The notes beneath the pieces are model-generated. The model was not told where the DNA came from. It saw nothing but the letters and a program-made list of their open reading frames with translations, and did not search any database. DNA of 64,000 nt. It comes from Ignavibacteriota bacterium. GTDB lineage: Bacteria > Bacteroidota > Ignavibacteria > Palsa-1295. The DNA is taken from assembly GCA_963787835.1 (NCBI GenBank), contig CAWBEI010000001.1, forward strand, positions 1-64,000. Direction: 5' to 3'. The number at the start of each line of letters is the position of its first letter. Positions within the stretch are counted from its first letter, which is position 1. Shown here one piece after another: positions 57,095 through 64,000 of the stretch. A program made the position numbers and the translations under genes.

Positions 57095-59259
57095 AAATGA
57101 AAACGATCGTTTTATTTATACTGATTTTCCTTGCAAATGTAGCAAATGCACAAGACTCGATCAACCCGTACGTGATCCAGCAAAAGTGCAACATTGTTCT
57201 ACAAAAAACGGACGTCTATTATCGCCCGATGGCGCCACCGTGGCCAACCGATACAAGAACAGCTCTTTCGAGTCAGGGAAATCGAATACTCGATTCGAAT
57301 GGCGTTTGGCAAGACCAGTGGGATTACAAACCTGTCTATCATGATACCACGCTGGATTCCACAAGGCCCTGTGGGATCGTGCTTGGAACGTATGCGTATT
57401 GGCAACGGCTTTTTCAGGCCATGAACAAGCCGGATGGCTCCCCGTCGGATATTGTCGCAGGGGATACGATACCGAATGATACATACTTTAGAGATACCGG
57501 CAGCGTGATCATCAGCAAGAACGAAGACGTCGATTTTCGCGCGACTGGAACGATAAGGTTCGAGCCGGGAGTGCATGGCATGCCAGGAGCTTTCGTTCAT
57601 GCGTATATCGAGCCGAAATACGATTCCATCGTTTTTAGCGACGAGTTCAATGGCGCTGCCATCGATACAACTAATTGGTATGTATCCAACAAACGCTGGG
57701 GTGACGGTTATACCCTCGGTGAAGAATGCTATTACGATACAAATGTGCGCACCGTCGCCGATCCTGACGCACACGATGGCCATGCCCTCGATATCTTCTG
57801 CTACGAGGATACGAATTACTGCTTTACGCAAGGGTTCAGCCTTGCCGATACTTGTTATGGCTCACCGCTCATTCTCAAAGATGGCAATCACAAATTTCTC
57901 TTTCATTCGGCGGAAGGCAGAACATGCCCGTTTCCATATACTTCAAGGGAGGCTCCGCTTGGGCAGCCATGGTACAATGAGGCTCCGTATGGCAAATTCG
58001 AAGTGCGCGAAAAGATCCCGCATATTCCCCATCATACCAATTTTTGGGGAGGCGGCGCGTACGAATGGGATGCCAGCGAAACGGACAACGGAGATGGTAA
58101 CCAGCGGCAGGAGCATCCTAACATTGGTCATCACTTTCGGTTTGGGCCGTACCTGGGAATATTTCGAAAAAGCGGGAGTAACGTGTACTTCATCAGCCCA
58201 TCGGCTCAGTGGTCAACTGTCAACAATCCAACACAACTCCTGATCGGTAATTTCTGTTACAACGTGCAGATGATCGGCAGTTCCCACGCAACAGATACTG
58301 TTGTGCCAACCTGGGATCAGAACCACAACTTCAGTGGGTTCCCGCCATCTGTAGTTGCCGACTCGATTGATTCCATACCCTTTTACTACCAGCGTTCCTC
58401 GCAAAACGTTGCGTATTCCATGCCGTCCAAAGTTGCGACCGATGCGTATGGCAGATGGAGAATTTTGAAGGTCCCATATCGCATTGTGGGAACCGATACG
58501 TCTTGGTTTTGGAAAGGTTATCAGCCAACCTCAATCACGTTTACAACATTACCGCATCCATATAATCAACAAACGTTCAACTGCTTTTGGGATTCCTCGT
58601 TAAATAATTCAGGAGACACTGGCCGCTTGTGGCTTGAGGATACGCTTATTCCTCCCGATACGGTAAGCACTACCGACTCAATATCATATTCAATCCCAGA
58701 CCTTTATGCTGGCGGTTTTAGCTATCTGATCCCGCCGATGAACGTCAATATTGACTTAGACACCGGACTCGCAGAAACGGACACAACGCCTTATCAGTAT
58801 CATACGTTTGGGATGGAAATTTTCCCAAGCGAGATACGTTTCTTGGTCGATAGCGTTGTGGTTCGCCGGATTCCAGACCGCCTCATCCCTCGCGGCGACC
58901 CATATTACGACTGGGCATGGACAACCCCACGCAGCCCGATCGATATTCATCTTCCAGAGCTCGATCTGGACTTCAGCACATATACGAACGCCTCCGGGGC
59001 TACCGTCACGGATACATTGGGTCAAGATTCCTCAACTTCGACATACAAAGGAGTAACATATTACAATTCGATCGCCTACGCTATCAGGAGTTACTTTGAA
59101 CACCATGGCGACTCCTGCGAGGGCTGCTGGGATGTGGAAGAGCCGCCCGGAAGCGGGCGGTGGCTTCATGCTGCTCACCATTTAGTTGACTACATCAAGG
59201 TGTGGGATGTTCCTGCGGATGTGCAAATTCCGAAATATCCGGCTACGGGCGGTCCCTAA
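57091..59259 (+). CDS. Secreted GH16/concanavalin-like protein with a large insertion
   Basis: VFSDEFNG..IDTTNW, YGKFEVR, EWDASE, YHTFGME...IRFLVD, VDYIKVW. Confidence 0.65.
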   Translation: MKMKTIVLFILIFLANVANAQDSINPYVIQQKCNIVLQKTDVYYRPMAPPWPTDTRTALSSQGNRILDSNGVWQDQWDYKPVYHDTTLDSTRPCGIVLGTYAYWQRLFQAMNKPDGSPSDIVAGDTIPNDTYFRDTGSVIISKNEDVDFRATGTIRFEPGVHGMPGAFVHAYIEPKYDSIVFSDEFNGAAIDTTNWYVSNKRWGDGYTLGEECYYDTNVRTVADPDAHDGHALDIFCYEDTNYCFTQGFSLADTCYGSPLILKDGNHKFLFHSAEGRTCPFPYTSREAPLGQPWYNEAPYGKFEVREKIPHIPHHTNFWGGGAYEWDASETDNGDGNQRQEHPNIGHHFRFGPYLGIFRKSGSNVYFISPSAQWSTVNNPTQLLIGNFCYNVQMIGSSHATDTVVPTWDQNHNFSGFPPSVVADSIDSIPFYYQRSSQNVAYSMPSKVATDAYGRWRILKVPYRIVGTDTSWFWKGYQPTSITFTTLPHPYNQQTFNCFWDSSLNNSGDTGRLWLEDTLIPPDTVSTTDSISYSIPDLYAGGFSYLIPPMNVNIDLDTGLAETDTTPYQYHTFGMEIFPSEIRFLVDSVVVRRIPDRLIPRGDPYYDWAWTTPRSPIDIHLPELDLDFSTYTNASGATVTDTLGQDSSTSTYKGVTYYNSIAYAIRSYFEHHGDSCEGCWDVEEPPGSGRWLHAAHHLVDYIKVWDVPADVQIPKYPATGGP

Positions 59260-59391
59260 TACTGCCCCTTCACCTCCTCATTAATGCGGATGTGAAAATA
59301 CCGCCATTTCCAAATTAAGAATCCTGAATTCAGGGTTGGCTGAAAAATTGTCGTATATTAGGTAGTGACATGATAGGCACCTATCCGGGGA

Positions 59392-59433
59392 AAAGATGAA
59401 ATATGAAAGATGAAAGATGAAAGATGAAAAATG
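59392..59433. repeat. Heptamer tandem repeat (AAAGATG)x6, two units variant
   Basis: Read directly. Confidence 0.85.
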
Positions 59434-59643
59434 AGGGAGGGTGCGGGTTCATTGAAAATTGAGAGAGGCGGTAGGTTTCGTTATGAACGAGTCCTTTGAG
59501 AAAATGGATTTTGCTGTTCTTCCAGAACAAATGGCGAAAACAGCTCGGAAAGGAAGGTACATCGGGAACTCACAAGAAAAAGAAATGGCACCTATTTCTT
59601 TCGGAAATTGGAATGAACCTTCCGCTGGAGTATCGCGTAATGT

Positions 59644-60324
59644 GTGCCAATGTATCTGTTAGAATTTCATATCAAGGCGTTTCACGACTCGTTGGTGAAC
59701 CTTGGGTGGCCCTATTGGTGGATGGCGTGGAATCTTGCGCTGGCCCTCATTCCGGTGGGGCTGAGTATGCTTTTCTTCAAGCGGCAGGATCAGCCGCGGC
59801 ATGTTATTCGCGATATTACCTTCGTCTTCGAAATGGGGCTGGTGCTGCTGATCTTGCCGAATGCTCCGTATGTGGCAACGGATCTCGTGCATTTCCTCGA
59901 AACGGTACGGACGGGGGATACATCACTTTGGAAATTGCTGGGAACCGAGTTTCCGATCTATGTTATCTATGTGCTCATCGGCCTGGTGTGCTACTGCTTC
60001 ACGGTGGATCGCTTGCTATATGCGTTGCAAATGCGGCTTGGCCGAGCGTGGGCATGGATCGGGCTTTTTGGAATTCCGTTGCTTTCATCGATCGGGATCT
60101 ATGTTGGACGCGTGGCGCGGTACAATAGCTGGAATGTGCTGACCGATCCGGAGGGAATTATCCATTCCAGCCGAACGGGGATCGACCAACTGAAGATCGC
60201 CAAAGTGCTCATCGGTATGTGGTTCGGTTTGATATTCATTCATCAGGTCTATCGGACGTTCCATGATGGGATCCGAGCCCGAATGAGTGAATTTTCGAGA
60301 AACGACCCGGGAAGTACCGAATAA
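59644..60324 (+). CDS. DUF1361 family membrane protein
   Basis: WNLALALIP, LPNAPYVATDLVH, GIYVGRVARYNSWNV. Confidence 0.88.
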   Translation: MPMYLLEFHIKAFHDSLVNLGWPYWWMAWNLALALIPVGLSMLFFKRQDQPRHVIRDITFVFEMGLVLLILPNAPYVATDLVHFLETVRTGDTSLWKLLGTEFPIYVIYVLIGLVCYCFTVDRLLYALQMRLGRAWAWIGLFGIPLLSSIGIYVGRVARYNSWNVLTDPEGIIHSSRTGIDQLKIAKVLIGMWFGLIFIHQVYRTFHDGIRARMSEFSRNDPGSTE

Positions 60325-60367
60325 TTTCTTCGTATTATTTCTCGATTAGCTGTTGTTTAGAAAACGC

Positions 60368-61267
60368 ATGAAATCTAAGAAAGCAGAATCAGTGAAAGGC
60401 TCAGTGAAGCAAGAACCGACTTCGGAGCAACGGCAGGGCGCGAGCATGGCTGGTCATCCTCCCGAAACTCGCCGGGTGACGACTCGCACTATTCGCGAAA
60501 TGAAGACCCGAGGCGAGAAGGTCACGATGATAACGGCGTACGACTACACCTTTGCACGCCTGTTCGATCAGGCTGGCGCCGATGTGCTGCTCGTTGGTGA
60601 CTCGCTCTCAAATGTGATTCAAGGTAATGAGACGACGATACCGGTTACGCTGGAAGAAATGATCTACCACGCACGATTGGTGGTGCGTGGCGTTCACGAG
60701 CATGCGATGGTGATCTGCGATATGCCCTTTATGAGCTTTCAGGTATCGGTTGAGGAAGGATTCCGTAATGCCGGACGCATTATGAAAGAGACCGGTGCTG
60801 GTGGAGTGAAGATCGAAGGCGGCCAGCGCGTAGCAGACCACGTTCGCCGCATGAGTGAGGCCGGAATTCCTGTAATGGGGCATTTGGGGCTTACGCCACA
60901 ATCGATCCATCAATTTGGAAGTTACCGGACACGCGGTATCACAAAAGAAGAATCGGATCGTATGAAAAAGGATGCGAAAGCTTTGCAAGATGCCGGAGTG
61001 TTCGCATTAGTGTTGGAAAAAATCCCATCCGGTCTCGCAAAAGAAATTACAGATTCGCTGAAAGTTTCAACGATCGGAATTGGCGCCGGCCCGCACTGCG
61101 ATGGGCAAGTGCTTGTAATGCACGATATGCTGGGATTAACAGAAGAATTTCATCCACGTTTTGTCCGCAAATATGCCACGCTTGCCGAAACAGTGCGCGG
61201 AGCCGTTCGGAACTATGATTCAGATATTAAGAATGGCACGTTTCCGAGTGATTCGGAATCGTATTAG
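60368..61267 (+). CDS. panB: 3-methyl-2-oxobutanoate hydroxymethyltransferase
   Basis: TAYDY, LVGDSL, DMPFMS, VKIEGG, MGHLGLTPQS, TIGIGAG..CDGQVLV. Confidence 0.98.
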   Translation: MKSKKAESVKGSVKQEPTSEQRQGASMAGHPPETRRVTTRTIREMKTRGEKVTMITAYDYTFARLFDQAGADVLLVGDSLSNVIQGNETTIPVTLEEMIYHARLVVRGVHEHAMVICDMPFMSFQVSVEEGFRNAGRIMKETGAGGVKIEGGQRVADHVRRMSEAGIPVMGHLGLTPQSIHQFGSYRTRGITKEESDRMKKDAKALQDAGVFALVLEKIPSGLAKEITDSLKVSTIGIGAGPHCDGQVLVMHDMLGLTEEFHPRFVRKYATLAETVRGAVRNYDSDIKNGTFPSDSESY

Positions 61268-61270
61268 GAA

Positions 61271-63016
61271 TTATGTTGTGGCAACTCCTTCCAATCGCTC
61301 ACGCAGCGCGGCGTATCCGGGATGCGCAAAGAAGGGGGCGAATCCCGGTCCGGCAATGAAGAAATGTCGGGCAACACCGAGATCGGTCGAATGAGTAGCG
61401 AATTCGATGGCTTCATCTATTTTTCCCAGCATATTCAGAAGTATGATCATGTGAGCCGTTGCTAGATTATCGTATGAAGGGCGATGTTTAAGGCGATCCA
61501 GCATTTCAAGCGCTGCGGTTTCCTCGCCGAGGTAATGGAATACAGCAGTACACAAAGCTAACGCGGTAAAGTTCTCTGGTTCTATGGCCGCTCTTCGTTC
61601 AAAGTAAGGTTTCAGGCCAGCCGAAACGCGCCGAAGTACGTCCTCTTCACCCATCATGAATGCTACGACCAGAAGTTGGCCGGAGTTGATGGCATTTTCG
61701 GGGTCTAACTGGAAGCCAAGTTCAAGTTGGTGTAATGCTTCCGGAAGTTTTCGCGCGCCCATTAGGATCGAGCCGTACCGCATGTGGATGTAGCTATCGC
61801 CGCCTATTGCCAGGGCTTGTGTGATGGCATCGCCACATTCCTCCGGTTTTTGTTGCAAGGCATATGAAAAAGCAAGTTCCGCAAAGGCACGCGCATTAAG
61901 CGGGTCATGCGTTAGCGCCAGCAATGCACTTTCGCGAGCCTCGGTGCAATTCGACGCAGGATAACCATGAAATGCGACAAGGCCGTTCAGCGCACGAGCA
62001 CGAATAAACCACGCTATCGAAATCGTTCGGTCGAGACGCAACGCACCATCGGCGTACTCCAAAGCTTTTTGATAATCCAGGAGGGATAACGCATCGACGA
62101 GTTGAGCTTCTGCTTTAGTAAGCAATTCGAGCGCTTCTAAATTCTCGGTCGATCGTTTTGCAATATTCGGCCGCTCTTCCGCGCTGAGAGAAAGTTTGAG
62201 TGCGTCCGCCATGTCAAGCGCAAATCGCTCCTGCGCCGCGAACATATCCTCTGCTGCTCCCTTAAATGTGTTGCTCCAGATATGTTCCTCCGCATAGACA
62301 TCGATAAGTTCTACGGACGCACGAACCGTGGGGCCATGCTTTCTAATCGTTCCCTCTAACAGAAATTCGACTCCCAGTTCGTCGCCGATACGGGCAACCG
62401 ATTTGCCGTCCGGGTTGTAGTTCATCACCGAGCGTCGGTCCTTAACACGAAGCGATTTAATGTGAGCAAGCACATTGATGATCTCTTGTGTCAGGCCATC
62501 GGCAAACCACGCGTCATCGGCATCGCTACTCAAGTTTTCGAATGGAAGGACGGCCAGCGATTTTCGCCCTAATGCATCAGGCGGAAGGGGAGTGAATGGC
62601 GATCCAGCCACGCCATTTGTGGTCGAGCCTGCTCCGATCCCAAGCTTTGTCAGCGCACGTGCGATCGCATTGTGCTCGTCAAACCTGATCCGCTGAAGCC
62701 CAGCAAGGGGATAGGCTAAAGATGTTGGCAATTCGACATGATCGATGTCGATGGGAAGGATAGGCTTTCCGCGCTCGGAAGCGATGGAGACTTCACGTGC
62801 TACATTGACCGATTCGATCGACTGTCTGGAGATAAGAATGATAAAGACGCTGCAACCAAAAATGGCCTCTGCAATTTCCTGAGACCAGTTGGAGGCTCCC
62901 TCGATCTTATGCTGATCCATCCACACCGAATGACCAGATTGGCGAAGAGTTTCCGCCAATTCGTTCGCGTGTTCTGTATTCTTGCGAGAATACGAGATGA
63001 ATAGATCGGGGATCAT
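61271..63016 (-). CDS. TIR-domain protein with TolB-N-like (LAVLPF) domain and TPR repeats
   Basis: LFISYSR...VWMD...SVNVAREV; LAVLPFENLS...FADGLTQEII; helical C-terminus. Confidence 0.88.
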   Translation of the reverse strand: MIPDLFISYSRKNTEHANELAETLRQSGHSVWMDQHKIEGASNWSQEIAEAIFGCSVFIILISRQSIESVNVAREVSIASERGKPILPIDIDHVELPTSLAYPLAGLQRIRFDEHNAIARALTKLGIGAGSTTNGVAGSPFTPLPPDALGRKSLAVLPFENLSSDADDAWFADGLTQEIINVLAHIKSLRVKDRRSVMNYNPDGKSVARIGDELGVEFLLEGTIRKHGPTVRASVELIDVYAEEHIWSNTFKGAAEDMFAAQERFALDMADALKLSLSAEERPNIAKRSTENLEALELLTKAEAQLVDALSLLDYQKALEYADGALRLDRTISIAWFIRARALNGLVAFHGYPASNCTEARESALLALTHDPLNARAFAELAFSYALQQKPEECGDAITQALAIGGDSYIHMRYGSILMGARKLPEALHQLELGFQLDPENAINSGQLLVVAFMMGEEDVLRRVSAGLKPYFERRAAIEPENFTALALCTAVFHYLGEETAALEMLDRLKHRPSYDNLATAHMIILLNMLGKIDEAIEFATHSTDLGVARHFFIAGPGFAPFFAHPGYAALRERLEGVATT

Positions 63017-63037
63017 AAAAGCATTCCGGGAACAAAA

Positions 63038-63889
63038 CTAATATTTATAAAATCCTTCCCCACTTTTTTTGCCTAATCGTCCGGCGGCTACCATTTTCTT
63101 GAGTAATGGGCATGCACGATACTTCGTATCGCCGAGCCCATCGTGAAGGACGTTCATAATGGCAAGGCAAACATCCAATCCAATAAAATCCGCAAGCGCA
63201 AGCGGCCCCATCGGGTGTGCCATGCCGAGTTTCATGACGGTGTCGATATCTTCCGGTTTTGCGACGCCTTCCATCACACAATAAATGGCTTCGTTGATCA
63301 TCGGCATGAGAATGCGGTTGGAGACGAAACCGGGTGAGTCGTTCACTTCTACCGGAGTCTTCCCAAGATTTTCCGATAATGTTTTAACGGTCGAATAAAC
63401 CTCATCCGTCGTTGCAAGCCCGCGTATGATCTCGACAAGCTTCATCACTGGAACCGGATTGAAAAAGTGCATTCCAATTACATGCGATGCACGTTTTGTT
63501 GTTGCCGCAAGTTCCGTGACGGAAATAGAACTGGTATTGGTGGCAAGTATGACGCCTTCAGGGGCATGTTCGTCGAGCGTCTTAAAGATCTCCTTTTTGA
63601 GATCATATCGTTCCGTAGCAGCTTCCACTACAAAATCGGCATTCTTAACGGGAGTAGCGAGATGGACGCTAGTATCGATCCTGCCAAGCGTTGTGACTTG
63701 ATCCTCTTCAGTTATTGTTGCCTTTTTTACTTGCCGTGCAAGATTATTAGAGATCGTAGCGATCGCTTTATCGAGCGCCTCGCGGGAAACATCGACAAGC
63801 GTTACATTATATCCACTTTGTGCGAAGATGTGAGCGATGCCATTGCCCATGGTTCCTGCGCCGATTACTGTTACATTTTTAATGGTCAT
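63038..63889 (-). CDS. hbd: 3-hydroxybutyryl-CoA dehydrogenase
   Basis: VIGAGTMGNGIA, ATNTSSIS, GMHFFNPVP, HPMGPLALADFIGLD. Confidence 0.95.
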   Translation of the reverse strand: MTIKNVTVIGAGTMGNGIAHIFAQSGYNVTLVDVSREALDKAIATISNNLARQVKKATITEEDQVTTLGRIDTSVHLATPVKNADFVVEAATERYDLKKEIFKTLDEHAPEGVILATNTSSISVTELAATTKRASHVIGMHFFNPVPVMKLVEIIRGLATTDEVYSTVKTLSENLGKTPVEVNDSPGFVSNRILMPMINEAIYCVMEGVAKPEDIDTVMKLGMAHPMGPLALADFIGLDVCLAIMNVLHDGLGDTKYRACPLLKKMVAAGRLGKKSGEGFYKY

Positions 63890-64000
63890 GATCGGATGTA
63901 GAATCTAAAAGGTGTAATATGACAAAAATTGTGATCCTCAACCCAAAACGCGAGCGGTAAGGTCAGTGGGCTGTGAGGCGAAATGTTTTTGGGTAATATG

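Noticed and set aside
59459-59662. Small ORF upstream of DUF1361
   Set aside because: No recognisable features; overlaps the probable promoter region and start of DUF1361.

Overview
Chromosomal segment of an FCB-group bacterium. A Chlorobi/Ignavibacteria/Kapabacteria-like lineage is inferred from the Bacteroidota-type rpoZ, a PorV-family gene, T9SS-type C-terminal domains and TAnnTTTG promoters. Housekeeping genes (atpD, gmk, dnaB, rpoZ, polA, nuoH-I-J-K-L-M-N, lpxD, dprA, panB, hbd) surround several accessory inserts. The dominant feature is a ~23 kb locus (10003-33200) of five tandem, signal-peptide-bearing, Gly/Thr/Ser/Ala/Asn-rich giant proteins. They are built from phage-tail-fibre and trimeric-adhesin motifs, share N-terminal domains, carry shuffled repeat stalks and end in at least three classes of tip domain. 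None has a recognisable outer-membrane anchor or T9SS signal. A lipoprotein resembling one tip domain follows them. Also seen: polA split by a single-base frameshift at the 5'-nuclease/Klenow boundary; a nuo operon interrupted by a small-gene island with a displaced gene 3' end and by an S8 protease; a duplicated family of small coiled-coil genes; an ECF-promoter sRNA candidate; an XRE-associated secreted fibre/GH16-like operon; and several palindromic repeat elements. No rRNA, tRNA, CRISPR-cas, transposase or prophage core genes were recognised. All calls come from reading motifs by eye; no database searches were run.
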